Counted from the stretch's first letter, positions 28,019-39,792 are shown. The stretch: DNA of 64,000 bases from an uncultured Collinsella sp. (GCA_900549905.1 URQD01000001.1:3486-67485); one strand, 5' to 3'. The notes: generated from the sequence alone by a model not told the origin. Made by a program: numbers and translations.

Positions 28019-29896
28019 TTGCGCGTTCCGTATCAAGACTGTTTTCATTTAATTGAGCCGCTGCTCGCCAAGGTCGAAAAGCCGAGTCGCTATATCGATC
28101 ACGAGTGGGGCACGCTTTCAAAGGCCGATGCCGACTACCGTTGCTGCCTGATCTACCCGGATGTGTACGAGGTCGGTCTGCCCAACCAGGGTATCGCCAT
28201 CCTCTACAACATCCTTAACCAGGCCGAGGGCATCTCCTGCGAGCGTGGCTATGTGCCGTGGCCCGACATGGGTGACGCCATGCGCGAGGCGGGCATTCCG
28301 CTGCTGTCGCTCGAAGGTGCAGCGCCGGTCGCTTCGTTTGATATCGTCGGTCTGCATGTGCCGCACGAGATGGCGGTGACGAACTTCCTCGAGGCACTCG
28401 ATCTCGCTGGCATTCCGCTGTTAGCGGCCGACCGAGGCGAAGACGACCCCATCATCATCGCCGGCGGTCCCTCGGTGTACAACCCTGAGCCGTACGCGGC
28501 CTTCTTCGATGCCATCCTCATCGGCGAGGGCGAGGAATCGCTGCTCGAGACCTGCCAGCTGCATCGCCGCCTGCGTGACGAAGGAGTCCCGCGCGCGCAG
28601 ATTGTTGAGCAGCTTGCATCCATTGCCGGCAACTACGTGCCGTCGCTCTATGAGGTTCGTCACGACGAGCCCTGCTCGCCGCATGGCTACACCGTGCCGC
28701 GCGAGGGCAAGGATGCGCCGACCGTGGTTTACAAACGCGTCGTCGAGGATTTCGGCGCCACGAATCCGCTGTCGCAGTCGTGCGTGCCCTATGCGCAGCT
28801 GGTTCACGATCGCCTGTCTATCGAGATTCTGCGCGGCTGCGCCCGCGGCTGTCGTTTTTGCCAGGCCGGCATGACGTATCGCCCGGTGCGCGAGCGCTCG
28901 GCCGACCAGATCGTCTCGTCGGTGATTCAGGGTCTGGAAAAGACCGGCTATGACGAGGTGTCGCTGACCTCGCTCTCCACGACCGACCACTCCTGCATTC
29001 GTGACGTGCTCGGCAGGCTCAACCGTCGCCTGGAGGATACGGGTATTCGCGTGTCTATTCCGTCGCAGCGCCTGGATTCGTTTGGCGTGGATATGGCCGA
29101 GTCGGTCGCCGGCGAAAAGAAGGGCGGCCTGACGTTCGCGCCCGAGGCCGGCAGCCAGCGCATGCGCGACATCATTAACAAGAACGTGACCGAGGAGGAC
29201 CTGGACCGTGCGGCCAAGGCGGCCTTCGAGGCCGGCTGGAACCGCATGAAGCTCTACTTTATGATGGGCCTTCCCGGCGAGCGCGACGAGGACATCGTGG
29301 CCATTGCCAACCTGGCCGATCACGTGCTGGAACTTGGCCGTTCCGTGGTGCCCAAGGCGCGCCGCGGCTCCATCTCGGTGTCCATCTCGGTTTCGGTCTT
29401 TATTCCCAAGGCTGCCACGCCGTTCCAGTGGTGCCCGCAGCTCGACTACGACGACGTCAAGCGTCGCCAGAAGCTGCTTATCACGAGCGTTCGCAACCGT
29501 GCCGTCCGCGTGCATTACCACGATGCCGAGACCTCGCTCATCGAGGCCGCGCTCTCCCGCGCCGGTCGTGACATGACGCCCGTCATCATCGATGCTTGGC
29601 GCTTGGGGTCTCGCTTTGACGCCTGGGTAGAGCATTTCTCGCTCGATAACTGGAAGGAGGCTGCTGCCAAAAACGGCATCGACCTCAATGAGCTCGTGCA
29701 CCTGCCCTACGAGTTGGACTGGCGTCTGCCGTGGGAGCATGTGAGCCCCGGCTGCACGCGCGGCTTCCTCGAGCGCGAGTACCGTCGCTCGCTCGAGGGT
29801 GTCACGACTCCCGACTGCACCCGCACGTCGTGCACCGGCTGCGGAATCTGCCCCACGCTCCACGCCAAGAATGTATTGATGGGTGATCGCGCATGA
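28019..29896 (+). CDS. TIGR03960-family radical SAM protein
   Basis: VEKPSRY, YPDVYEVG, RGCARGCRFCQAG (CxxxCxxC), FAPEAGSQRMR, C-terminal Cys cluster. Confidence 0.9.
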   Translation: MRVPYQDCFHLIEPLLAKVEKPSRYIDHEWGTLSKADADYRCCLIYPDVYEVGLPNQGIAILYNILNQAEGISCERGYVPWPDMGDAMREAGIPLLSLEGAAPVASFDIVGLHVPHEMAVTNFLEALDLAGIPLLAADRGEDDPIIIAGGPSVYNPEPYAAFFDAILIGEGEESLLETCQLHRRLRDEGVPRAQIVEQLASIAGNYVPSLYEVRHDEPCSPHGYTVPREGKDAPTVVYKRVVEDFGATNPLSQSCVPYAQLVHDRLSIEILRGCARGCRFCQAGMTYRPVRERSADQIVSSVIQGLEKTGYDEVSLTSLSTTDHSCIRDVLGRLNRRLEDTGIRVSIPSQRLDSFGVDMAESVAGEKKGGLTFAPEAGSQRMRDIINKNVTEEDLDRAAKAAFEAGWNRMKLYFMMGLPGERDEDIVAIANLADHVLELGRSVVPKARRGSISVSISVSVFIPKAATPFQWCPQLDYDDVKRRQKLLITSVRNRAVRVHYHDAETSLIEAALSRAGRDMTPVIIDAWRLGSRFDAWVEHFSLDNWKEAAAKNGIDLNELVHLPYELDWRLPWEHVSPGCTRGFLEREYRRSLEGVTTPDCTRTSCTGCGICPTLHAKNVLMGDRA

Positions 29897-30705
29897 GTGA
29901 GCGCCTGACCGACAGCCCCATGCTCTTTAGACTTCGTGTTCGCTATGGCAAACGCGATCGCCTTAAGTACCTGGGCCATCTCGAAGTAATCCATACCATT
30001 GAGCGCATCGTGCGCCGTGCGGGACTTCCCTATGCCGTCACGCAGGGCTTCTCTCCGCACATGCGCGTGGGCTTCTCTTCGGCGCTACCGGTGGGTACGT
30101 CGTCGGCCTGCGAGTGGTATGACCTGTTTATGACCGAGTTCGTGGCGCTCGACGAGGCGTTTGGGCGCCTGGCTGCGGCCTCTCCGGCCGATCTGGCGCC
30201 CATCGAGGCGGCGTACATCGACGTGCGCACGCCGGCGCTCACGGCTCAGCTTACGCGTCTGTCGTACCGTATCGACTTGCACCTGGACCCCGAAGCCCCC
30301 GTGAGCGCCGACGAGGTGCGCGCTGCGATTGACACGCTGCGCGCGGGTCATGGTATTGACTATGCGCGCGGCAAAAAGAGCAAGCGCTTAGACCTTGACC
30401 ACACACTGGTGGGCTATGAGCTCACGGCGGGGGAGCGTCCGGACCATCTGGTGCTCATGCTCGACACCCATGCCGACAACGAGGGCTCCATGCGTCCGGA
30501 GATTTTGCTTTCTGCTGCTGATGTTTTGTTGCAGGGCTTGACCCCGGGCGTCGATGCACCTATTGTTTCCACCGGTATGCAAGACCTCGTGACCATCTGC
30601 TCCTACGATGTCGAGCGTCAGAATCAAGCATGCGAGGACGACGAGGGCCGACTCGTCAGCCCCATACCTGTGCGAACTTGTGGATTTGCTCCACATACTC
30701 GTTGA
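29893..30705 (+). CDS. TIGR03936-family radical SAM-associated protein (DUF2344)
   Basis: KYLGHLEV, RRAGLP...QGFSPH, ALPVG motifs; ATGA overlap with the rSAM gene. Confidence 0.88.
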   Translation: MSERLTDSPMLFRLRVRYGKRDRLKYLGHLEVIHTIERIVRRAGLPYAVTQGFSPHMRVGFSSALPVGTSSACEWYDLFMTEFVALDEAFGRLAAASPADLAPIEAAYIDVRTPALTAQLTRLSYRIDLHLDPEAPVSADEVRAAIDTLRAGHGIDYARGKKSKRLDLDHTLVGYELTAGERPDHLVLMLDTHADNEGSMRPEILLSAADVLLQGLTPGVDAPIVSTGMQDLVTICSYDVERQNQACEDDEGRLVSPIPVRTCGFAPHTR

Positions 30706-30730
30706 CGGGGGTATTTTCGCCTGCTACTAT
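30702..30730 (+). promoter_or_regulatory. Sigma-70 promoter of rplU-rpmA
   Basis: TTGACG-17nt-TACTAT with an extended TG. Confidence 0.7.
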
Positions 30731-30772
30731 ATTCGGCTGTTGCACTAACTGATGCATGAAGGGCAAGTAAAC

Positions 30773-31147
30773 ATGTACGCAATCGTTAACACGGGCGGCA
30801 AGCAGTACAAGGTCGCCACCGACGATGTCATCACCGTCGAGAAGATCGAGGGCAATGAGGGCGATAAGGTCACCCTGCCGGTCATCTTCCTCAACGATGG
30901 TAAGAAGATCGTCACCGATCCCGACAAGCTGGCCAAGGCCAAGGTTACCGCTCAGATCGTTGAGCAGTTCAAGGGCGAGAAGCAGCTGGTCTTCAAGTTC
31001 CACAAGCGTAAGCGCTATCGTCGTCTGAAGGGTCACCGTCAGCAGCTCACCAAGCTGAAGATCGTGAAGGTCCAGGCTACGTCCCGCGCCAAGAAGGCTG
31101 TCAAGGCAGAGGCCGAGGCTGTTGCCGAGGCTCCCGTCGCCGAGTAG
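30773..31147 (+). CDS. rplU: 50S ribosomal protein L21
   Basis: MYAIVNTGGKQYKV ... KGHRQQLT. Confidence 0.98.
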   Translation: MYAIVNTGGKQYKVATDDVITVEKIEGNEGDKVTLPVIFLNDGKKIVTDPDKLAKAKVTAQIVEQFKGEKQLVFKFHKRKRYRRLKGHRQQLTKLKIVKVQATSRAKKAVKAEAEAVAEAPVAE

Positions 31148-31180
31148 ATTACACTCGTAACGAAAGAGTAGGTATACACA

Positions 31181-31438
31181 ATGGCACACAAAAAAGGACT
31201 CGGTTCCTCCCGTAATGGCCGTGACTCCCGCGGTCAGCGCCTTGGCACGAAGCGCTATGCCGGCCAGACGGTAACCACGGGCACGATTCTCGTCCGTCAG
31301 CACGGCACGCACATCCACCCGGGTGAGAACGTTGGCCGTGGCAAGGACGACACGCTGTTCGCGCTGGTCGACGGTACCGTTGAGTTCCACAAGGGTATCA
31401 AGCACAGGGTCAGCGTACGCCCGCTCGCGAACGCGTAA
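31181..31438 (+). CDS. rpmA: 50S ribosomal protein L27
   Basis: [16 protein letters not shown]. Short N-terminus, consistent with no prp gene between rplU and rpmA. Confidence 0.98.
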   Translation: MAHKKGLGSSRNGRDSRGQRLGTKRYAGQTVTTGTILVRQHGTHIHPGENVGRGKDDTLFALVDGTVEFHKGIKHRVSVRPLANA

Positions 31439-31510
31439 TTCACCCTTCATAGAGCACATATGTGGGAGGCACTTGAGTTTTAGGATTCAAGGGTCTCCCT
31501 CTTTTTGTAG

Positions 31511-32989
<1,479 letters not shown>

Positions 32990-32992
32990 GCC

Positions 32993-33670
32993 ATGTCGCT
33001 GCGCGGTGGAATCGGTTTGCCCGAGCTGCCCATAAAAGAGGGCAAGGAGTTTCGGCTTGGCATTATGGGCGGCACATTCGACCCGATTCATTACGGGCAC
33101 CTGGTGACTGCCGAGCAGGCGCGCGAGTCGCTCGACTTGGACGCTGTGCTCTTTATGCCGGCGGGCTCTCCCGCCTTTAAGCTTGACAAGCCGGTTACGC
33201 CTGCCGAGGACCGTTATGCCATGACGGTCCTCGCCACCGCCGCGAACCCGGCCTTTTTGGCGAGCCGGTTCGAGATTGACCGTCCGGGTGTAACCTATAC
33301 GGCCGATACGCTTCATGCCCTTCGCGATTTTTACCCGCCGCAGGTAAAGCTCTACTTTATTACGGGCGCCGATGCGATTATCGATATTGTGACCTGGCAT
33401 GATGCCGAACGAATCGCTGAGCTTGCTACCTTTATTGCGGCGACGCGACCGGGCTTTGATATCGATACGGCGCGTGCCCGAATCAAAGAGTCGGGACTGC
33501 CGTTCGACGTGCGCTATATTCAGATTCCGGCGCTGGCGATCAGCTCGACGAACATTCGTAAGCGAGTTGCCCGCGGCATGAGCGTGCGCTATCTTACGAG
33601 CGAGTCCGTGCTCGGCTACATTCGCAAGCGCAGGCTATATGCCGATTTGGGCCAAGAAGATTTTGAGTGA
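32993..33670 (+). CDS. nadD: Nicotinate-nucleotide adenylyltransferase
   Basis: GGTFDPIHYGH, FITGAD, ISSTNIR motifs. Confidence 0.96.
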   Translation: MSLRGGIGLPELPIKEGKEFRLGIMGGTFDPIHYGHLVTAEQARESLDLDAVLFMPAGSPAFKLDKPVTPAEDRYAMTVLATAANPAFLASRFEIDRPGVTYTADTLHALRDFYPPQVKLYFITGADAIIDIVTWHDAERIAELATFIAATRPGFDIDTARARIKESGLPFDVRYIQIPALAISSTNIRKRVARGMSVRYLTSESVLGYIRKRRLYADLGQEDFE

Positions 33671-34290
33671 TGGGGGCTACGTTGTCGGTAGAGGATCAGT
33701 TTGAGGGCGATGAGCGCGCGCTGCTCAAGCGCATTCAAGAGCTGCTCGATGTTCGCATGAAAGATAAGCGCAAGCGCTATGTGCATTCGCTGGGTGTTGC
33801 CGAGACCGCACTTCATCTGGCCGAGGTCTACGGCGTTGACCGCTTTGATGCGGCTGCCGCCGGCTTAATTCACGACTGGGACAAGGTTCTTTCCGATGAC
33901 GAGCTCGTGGCCCGCGCGCTTCACTATGGCATCAAGGTTGCCGGCTCTCCTTCCGCCGCGACGCCGCTTTTGCATGGCCCTGTTGCCGCCTATGAGCTTC
34001 CGCAGCTTTTTCCCGAGCTGTCACCGGCCGTTTTCCAGGCTGTCGACCGTCACACCGTGGGTGCCTGCGACATGACGCCGCTCGATATGGTGGTCTTTGT
34101 GGCAGATGCCATCGAGCCCAACCGTCACGGCGACTATGCCCATGCGCTGCGCAAGATGGTGGGGAAGTTCTCGCTCGATGAGTTGTTCTTCTCCTGTTTT
34201 GCGCAGGGTCTGGTTTATGTGATCCAGTCCGGGCGCTATCTTTATCCCACGGCTATTACGATTTACAACCATTACGCCCAGCTGCGCTAG
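33667..34290 (+). CDS. yqeK: HD-domain Ap4A hydrolase YqeK
   Basis: RYVHSLGV, HDWDK, LLHGP, HTVG, ADAIEPNR; directly after nadD. Confidence 0.9.
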   Translation: MMGATLSVEDQFEGDERALLKRIQELLDVRMKDKRKRYVHSLGVAETALHLAEVYGVDRFDAAAAGLIHDWDKVLSDDELVARALHYGIKVAGSPSAATPLLHGPVAAYELPQLFPELSPAVFQAVDRHTVGACDMTPLDMVVFVADAIEPNRHGDYAHALRKMVGKFSLDELFFSCFAQGLVYVIQSGRYLYPTAITIYNHYAQLR

Positions 34291-34318
34291 CTCGGGTGTG
34301 TCTAGAAAGAGGTATTCC

Positions 34319-34774
34319 ATGGCCGACGAGACCATGACTGACGAGCAGATTCTTGAAGGTGTGGAGCACAAGAGTTTCGTTGCCACGTCCGACCGCACCG
34401 CCGCCTCGCTGTCCGCGAGCGGTGTCGCCGCCGAGGATGTCGCCCGCGCCGCCGCGCAGGCCGCCTACGACAAGAAGGGCGAGGACGTGCAGGTGCTCGA
34501 CCTGACCGAGCTTTCCGACGTGTGCGACTACTTTGTGCTTGCCACCGGTACCAACAACCGCCAGGTCGATTCGATTGTCGACGAGATCGAGGAGAAGGTT
34601 GCCGAGGCTTGCGGCGAGCATCCGTTCTCCATCGAGGGCCGCGAGCAGAAGACCTGGATGCTCATGGACTACGGCTCGGTTGTCGTCCACGTCTTCACTC
34701 CCGAAGCCCGCGACTTTTACCGCCTAGAAAAGCTCTGGGGTGACGCCCCCCAGCTCCCCCTCGACCTCCTCTAG
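34319..34774 (+). CDS. rsfS: Ribosome silencing factor
   Basis: DKKGEDV, DYFVLATG, WMLMDYG, RDFYRLEKLW motifs. Confidence 0.95.
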   Translation: MADETMTDEQILEGVEHKSFVATSDRTAASLSASGVAAEDVARAAAQAAYDKKGEDVQVLDLTELSDVCDYFVLATGTNNRQVDSIVDEIEEKVAEACGEHPFSIEGREQKTWMLMDYGSVVVHVFTPEARDFYRLEKLWGDAPQLPLDLL

Positions 34775-34817
34775 TGGCTCATTTAATATGGGGCTTTTAG
34801 CTAGCCTCGCGCATTTC

Positions 34818-34860
34818 GCCGGGCAGTTGCGGTTTTCCGCACCTGCCCGGCTTTCTTTTT
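34818..34860 (+). terminator. Intrinsic terminator after rsfS
   Basis: GCCGGGCAG...CTGCCCGGC stem followed by TTTCTTTTT. Confidence 0.8.
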
Positions 34861-34872
34861 GCCCAAAGGCGG

Positions 34873-36126
34873 TTAATCGTCGAAGCGGGATTGGCGGCCG
34901 AAAGATAGGGCGGTGTCGCCGAACTTGTCTCGGACGGCATCGATCGCGACGGAGAGGTCGCGACGGTCGCTTGATTGGGCTCCGCGGTCGTCGACTTCGC
35001 AGAACAGGTCGGTCTGGATGCCGCCTTGATGGTCAAAGTCGCTCATGCCGATGCCTGCTAAGCGAACATGCATGCCTTCCTGCCAGATGTTGTCGAGCAG
35101 TTCGAGCGCAACCGCCACAAAGATATTCTCGTCGTCGGTGGGGTGGGGAAGCCGCCGCTGCGCCGTGCGTCCGCTGCCATACGAATACTTAAGCTTGAGC
35201 GTTACCGTGCCGCCCGTCAGTCCCTGACGGCGCAGGCGGCGTCCAACCGACTCTCCCAACAGCGCAATCGCCGCTTCGATGTCCCCACGCTCAGTCAAAT
35301 CTTTCGCAAAGGTGCGCTCATTGCTCACGGATTTAACCTCGCGTTCCTCATCGAGGCTTGTTACTTCGGATATTTCGAGCCCCAGCGCACGCTGGCGCAT
35401 GCGTTCGCCGTTGACGCCAAAAATTGCAGCTAGCGTGGATTCCGGCGCGCGTGACAGCTCGCCGAGCGTGTAGATGCGCATGCGGCGCAGTCGCTCCTCG
35501 GCCGAGCGCCCGATGCCGCTCATGGCAGATACCGGCAGCGCGGCCAAAAAGCGCTGCTCGGTTCCGGGGCGCACGATGGTCAGCCCAAACGGCTTATCCC
35601 GCTCGCTTGCGATCTTTGCGACCGTCTTGTTGCAGCCCACGCCAATGGAACAGGTCACTCCCAGCGCTGCCACGCGGTCGCTTATGCGCCGTGCAACCAG
35701 CAGCGGGTCCTCGGGCGCAAAACGACCCGGTGTGATATCGATAAAGGCTTCGTCGATGGATACGCGCTCAACGCGCGGCGTCTCTTCGGCAAGAATCGCC
35801 ATGACCTGCGCGCTCACCTCGCGGTAGCGATCAAAGTGCCCATGCGTCCAAATGGCCTGCGGACAGAGGCGCCGTGCCTCGGCCGAGGGCATGGCGGAGT
35901 GCACGCCAAAGCGACGCGCCTCGTATGAGCAGGTGGATACAACGCCGCGGGAATCGGCATCGCCACCCACGATGAGTGGCTTGCCGCGCCACTCGGGATG
36001 GTCGAGCATTTCCACGCTCGCAAAAAACGCATCGAGATCCATGAGGCCCACCGCCGGCCCCGTCCAGGGCGGCGGCGTGACGCCCGCAGCATCTTCATAA
36101 CCGTATGTATGTTCGCGTCTTTTCAT
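34873..36126 (-). CDS. dinB: DNA polymerase IV (Y family)
   Basis: DLDAFFASVE, CSYEARRFG, SIDEAF, AKIASE..KP, GIG motifs; start position uncertain. Confidence 0.95.
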   Translation of the reverse strand: MKRREHTYGYEDAAGVTPPPWTGPAVGLMDLDAFFASVEMLDHPEWRGKPLIVGGDADSRGVVSTCSYEARRFGVHSAMPSAEARRLCPQAIWTHGHFDRYREVSAQVMAILAEETPRVERVSIDEAFIDITPGRFAPEDPLLVARRISDRVAALGVTCSIGVGCNKTVAKIASERDKPFGLTIVRPGTEQRFLAALPVSAMSGIGRSAEERLRRMRIYTLGELSRAPESTLAAIFGVNGERMRQRALGLEISEVTSLDEEREVKSVSNERTFAKDLTERGDIEAAIALLGESVGRRLRRQGLTGGTVTLKLKYSYGSGRTAQRRLPHPTDDENIFVAVALELLDNIWQEGMHVRLAGIGMSDFDHQGGIQTDLFCEVDDRGAQSSDRRDLSVAIDAVRDKFGDTALSFGRQSRFDD

Positions 36127-36138
36127 GGCATGAGTATA
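36102..36138 (-). promoter_or_regulatory. dinB -10 (TATACT) and imperfect LexA-box-like site CGAACATACATACG
   Basis: TATACT at 36138-36133 is 6 nt before the ATG; CGAAC-N4-ATACG at 36115-36102. Confidence 0.4.
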
Positions 36139-36327
36139 CCGCGCAGCTCATGTGGGGTGCGTGGATGTGCTTGCAAATCGCGAATTCTTGTCTAAAATAT
36201 GGATTTGCCTTCGACTACACCGAAGAAGTTGGTCTCACGGACTTCACCTGCCCGCGTCGATGGCGTATTATGTTCAACTGTTTGTTTGTAGTTGCAGCCT
36301 AAAGCTGCTTGGTTGGAGGAGTTTCCT

Positions 36328-36669
36328 TTGGCAGTCAAGATTCGCCTTGCTCGTCACGGCGCTAAGAAGCGTCCGTACTACCGTGTCGTCGTCGCCGATT
36401 CCCGCGCCCCGCGTGACGGTCGTATCATCGAGGAGGTTGGCCGCTACAACCCGATGACCGCCCCCAAGACCATCAACCTCGACCTCGAGAAGATCGCCGA
36501 CTGGCAGTCCAAGGGCGCTCAGCTCACCGACGCCGTCGCCGCTCTGGTCAAGGCCGCCAACGAGGGCGAGAAGACCGAGACCGTCGTCAAGAAGTCCAAG
36601 AAGCAGCTCGCCAAAGAGGCCGAGGCCGCTAAGGCTGCCGCTGAGGCCGCTGAGGGCGCCGAGGAGTAA
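36328..36669 (+). CDS. rpsP: 30S ribosomal protein S16 (C-terminally extended)
   Basis: [33 protein letters not shown] start after GGAGGAG. Confidence 0.97.
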   Translation: MAVKIRLARHGAKKRPYYRVVVADSRAPRDGRIIEEVGRYNPMTAPKTINLDLEKIADWQSKGAQLTDAVAALVKAANEGEKTETVVKKSKKQLAKEAEAAKAAAEAAEGAEE

Positions 36670-36672
36670 ATC

Positions 36673-36957
36673 GTGCCTGAGGTTGACGCTGCACAGCTCG
36701 AGGGTGAGGCAATGCTCTCAGATCGCATCGCCGATCTCGTCGAATATCTCGTTGTTCAGATCGTCGACGACCCGGATTCCGTGAGCCTTGAGGTCATCGA
36801 TGGTGACGACGCCTCTACGATCGAGGTTTCGGTCGCCGAGGATGACGTCGCTAAGGTCATCGGCCGTCGTGGCCGTACCATCAAGGCCATTCGCACGCTC
36901 GCCCGTGCACTGGCCGCTCGCCTCGACACTGCTGTCGAGGTAGAGGTTCTGGGCTAG
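36673..36957 (+). CDS. khpA: KH-domain RNA-binding protein
   Basis: LVEYLV..IVDDP, KVIGRRGRTIKAIR; between rpsP and rimM. Confidence 0.92.
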   Translation: MPEVDAAQLEGEAMLSDRIADLVEYLVVQIVDDPDSVSLEVIDGDDASTIEVSVAEDDVAKVIGRRGRTIKAIRTLARALAARLDTAVEVEVLG

Positions 36958-36961
36958 GACC

Positions 36962-37483
36962 TTGAGGTCCCAGTACAAAAACATCGCCCGTGTGGTCAAG
37001 CCGCACGGAAGGAAGGGGGAGGTCCTCGCGCAGCCGCTGCGGGGGCTTCCTTCTGTATTAGAGCCGGGTATGCGCGTCGCCCTGACGCCGCCGGCGCTCA
37101 AGCGCGACCGCTTTTGCACGGTCGTGTCCGTCACCGATACGGGCGATGGCGATCTGGTCTCGTTTGAGGGTATTGACGACTTGACGGCCGCCGAGGGCAT
37201 CACGGGATGCTATGTGCTGGCAAATCGTGACGACTTTGAGCTCGATTCGCTCGACGCCGCCTATACCGACCTGATGGGCCGCGAGGTGGTCGACGAGCGC
37301 TTCGGTTCGCTCGGCACGATTGTCGAGATCATGTCGACGCCCGCCAACGATGTTTGGGTTGTCGAGGGCGATCGGTACGGCGAGGTACTGATTCCCGTGA
37401 TCGAGCAGGTTGTGCTCGATCTTCCCGACACAGGAACAATTTCCGTCCACGTTATGGACGGCCTGATCGATATGGACAAGTAG
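36962..37483 (+). CDS. rimM: Ribosome maturation factor RimM
   Basis: KPHGRKGEV, ANDVWVV, LIPVI motifs; synteny. Confidence 0.92.
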   Translation: MRSQYKNIARVVKPHGRKGEVLAQPLRGLPSVLEPGMRVALTPPALKRDRFCTVVSVTDTGDGDLVSFEGIDDLTAAEGITGCYVLANRDDFELDSLDAAYTDLMGREVVDERFGSLGTIVEIMSTPANDVWVVEGDRYGEVLIPVIEQVVLDLPDTGTISVHVMDGLIDMDK

Positions 37484-37493
37484 GGAGGACAAC

Positions 37494-38252
37494 ATGCTGA
37501 TTGAGACCCTTTCGGTCTTTCCCGAGATGTTTGAGCCCGTCATGTCCACATCGATTTTGGGCCGCGCCCGTAAGGCCGGCCTTTTTGATTTTAAGGCGTA
37601 TAACCTGCGCGACTGGACGCACGACCGTCATCGTACCGTCGATGACGAGCCGTACGGCGGCGGGCAGGGCATGCTCATGAAGGTCGAGCCTATCGCAGAG
37701 GCCATCGAGGCCATTAGCGCAGAGGGTTCCAAGCCCACGGTTGTGTTCTTCACCCCCTGTGGCGAGCCCTTTACGCAGCATGTGGCCGAGCGCCTGCTCA
37801 AAAGTGAGCGCCTGCTGTTTGTGTGCAGCCGCTACGAGGGCGTCGACGAGCGCGCGTATGCGTATGCCGATGAGCGTCTGTCGATCGGCGACTACGTGCT
37901 TACGGGCGGCGAACTTCCCGCTATGGTCGTTGCCGATGCCGTCGTGCGCCTCATTCCCGGCGCCCTTGGTGATGAGATGAGCAACGTCGACGAGTCGTTC
38001 TCGACCGCCGAGGACGGAGGCCTGCTCGAGTACGCGCAGTACACCCGTCCCGCCGAGTTCAACGGCGAGGGCGTGCCTCCGGTGCTTGTGAGCGGCGATC
38101 ACGCCAAGGTCGATGCCTGGCGTCGCAAGAACGCCATCGAGCGCACCTGCCGCTGGCGTCCGGACTTGATCGAGACGGCGCGGCTCACGCCCGAGGAGCG
38201 CGCTTACGCGCAGGTGATCCTTGACGCTTCGTATTCGCAGAGCGAGGAGTGA
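37494..38252 (+). CDS. trmD: tRNA (guanine-N1)-methyltransferase
   Basis: VDDEPYGGGQGM, RYEGVDER, SIGDYVLTGGE, QYTRP motifs. Confidence 0.97.
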   Translation: MLIETLSVFPEMFEPVMSTSILGRARKAGLFDFKAYNLRDWTHDRHRTVDDEPYGGGQGMLMKVEPIAEAIEAISAEGSKPTVVFFTPCGEPFTQHVAERLLKSERLLFVCSRYEGVDERAYAYADERLSIGDYVLTGGELPAMVVADAVVRLIPGALGDEMSNVDESFSTAEDGGLLEYAQYTRPAEFNGEGVPPVLVSGDHAKVDAWRRKNAIERTCRWRPDLIETARLTPEERAYAQVILDASYSQSEE

Positions 38253-38818
38253 GTATGGTTCCTACGCAACATTCCGCGTTGAGGGGCGCTTTTGAGTGGA
38301 TCGCGGTCATCGCGATCGCACTGGTCGCCACCTTCTTGATTCGCTCGTTTGTGGTCGAGCCCTTTGTAGTGCCCACCGGTTCCATGGAGGACACGATCGA
38401 GATCGGCGATCAGATTCTGGCGCAGAAGGTGACGCTCGAACTCGGACAGCCCGTCAAACAGGGCGATATCGTGGTGTTTCACAACCCCGATGCCACATCC
38501 GAGCATGACGTGCTGGTAAAGCGCGTCATCGCCACGGCCGGCCAGACGGTCGACCTTCAGGACGGCAAGGTCGTCGTTGACGGCCAGGCGCTCGACGAGG
38601 ACTATACGACGGGCATGAGCTGGCCGCTTTCGGTCCAAGCGCCTGGCGCCCAGGTGAGTTATCCCTACACCGTTCCCGACGGGTGCGTGTGGGTGATGGG
38701 CGACAACCGCGAAAACTCTGCCGACTCGCGCTACTTTGGTCCCGTCGATCGCTCTGATTTGATCGCTGTGGCGCTTGTGCGCTACTGGCCGCTCAACCGC
38801 ATCGGCGCTATCGACTAA
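38249..38818 (+). CDS. lepB: Signal peptidase I
   Basis: PTGSMEDT, LVKRVIA, MGDNRENSADSRYFG motifs. Confidence 0.95.
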   Translation: MSMVPTQHSALRGAFEWIAVIAIALVATFLIRSFVVEPFVVPTGSMEDTIEIGDQILAQKVTLELGQPVKQGDIVVFHNPDATSEHDVLVKRVIATAGQTVDLQDGKVVVDGQALDEDYTTGMSWPLSVQAPGAQVSYPYTVPDGCVWVMGDNRENSADSRYFGPVDRSDLIAVALVRYWPLNRIGAID

Positions 38819-38877
38819 AAACCGCTATAGTACAGTACCTAACCGTGTAATCGTTTCGACGAGGGGATATTAGAGGC

Positions 38878-39789
38878 ATGAACGCTTCATCGCTTTCCTT
38901 CCAAGACATCATCCTGCGCCTCCAGCAGTACTGGGGCGAGCAGGGCTGCGTCATTATGCAGCCCTATGACTCCGAGGTCGGTGCCGGTACCTTCCATACC
39001 GCGACCACGCTGCGCTCGCTCGGTCCCGCCGAGTGGCGCACCTGCTATGCGCAGCCTTGCCGCCGTCCCGCCGACGGCCGCTACGGCGAGAACCCTAACC
39101 GCATGCAGCACTACTATCAGTTCCAGGTGCTCATCAAGCCGTCGCCGGTCAACGCCCAGGAGCTCTACCTGGGTTCGCTGGCCGCCATTGGCCTGGACCC
39201 CAACGACCATGACGTCCGCTTTGTCGAGGACGACTGGGAGAGCCCGACCCTGGGCGCCTGGGGCCTTGGCTGGGAGGTCTGGCTCAACGGCATGGAGGTC
39301 ACGCAGTTTACGTACTTCCAGCAGGTGGGCGGTATCGAGGTCGACCCCGTGCCCGTCGAGATTACCTATGGCTTGGAGCGTATCGCCATGTACGCCCAGG
39401 GCGTCAACTCGGTCTACGATCTGGTGTGGAGCTACCTGCCCGATGGCACGCCCATGACCTACGGCGACGTGTTCCTCGAGAACGAGCGCGAATTCAGTGC
39501 CTATAACTTTGAGGTCGCCAACGTCGAGATGATGCGTCAGAAGTTTGACGACTACGAGGCCGAGTGCCATTCCTGCCTGGAGCGCAAGCTGCCGTTGCCC
39601 GCATACGACTGCGTCATGAAGTGCAGCCACGCTTTCAATCTGCTCGATGCCCGCGGCGCTCTGTCTGCGGTCGAGCGTGCCAACTACATCCTGCGTGTCC
39701 GCGCCGTCGCCAAGGCGTGCTGCGAGGCCTATATGGCCGAGGTCGCCGGAGTCAACGAGAATGCCAACCAGGAAGGCGAGGTGGCGTAA
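38878..39789 (+). CDS. glyQ: Glycine-tRNA ligase alpha subunit
   Basis: [40 protein letters not shown] motifs. Confidence 0.98.
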   Translation: MNASSLSFQDIILRLQQYWGEQGCVIMQPYDSEVGAGTFHTATTLRSLGPAEWRTCYAQPCRRPADGRYGENPNRMQHYYQFQVLIKPSPVNAQELYLGSLAAIGLDPNDHDVRFVEDDWESPTLGAWGLGWEVWLNGMEVTQFTYFQQVGGIEVDPVPVEITYGLERIAMYAQGVNSVYDLVWSYLPDGTPMTYGDVFLENEREFSAYNFEVANVEMMRQKFDDYEAECHSCLERKLPLPAYDCVMKCSHAFNLLDARGALSAVERANYILRVRAVAKACCEAYMAEVAGVNENANQEGEVA

Positions 39790-39792
39790 GCC

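Noticed and set aside
36250..36278. TTATGTTCAAC resembles a XerD half of a dif site
   Set aside because: No matching XerC arm; better explained as the TATTAT -10 of the rpsP promoter.
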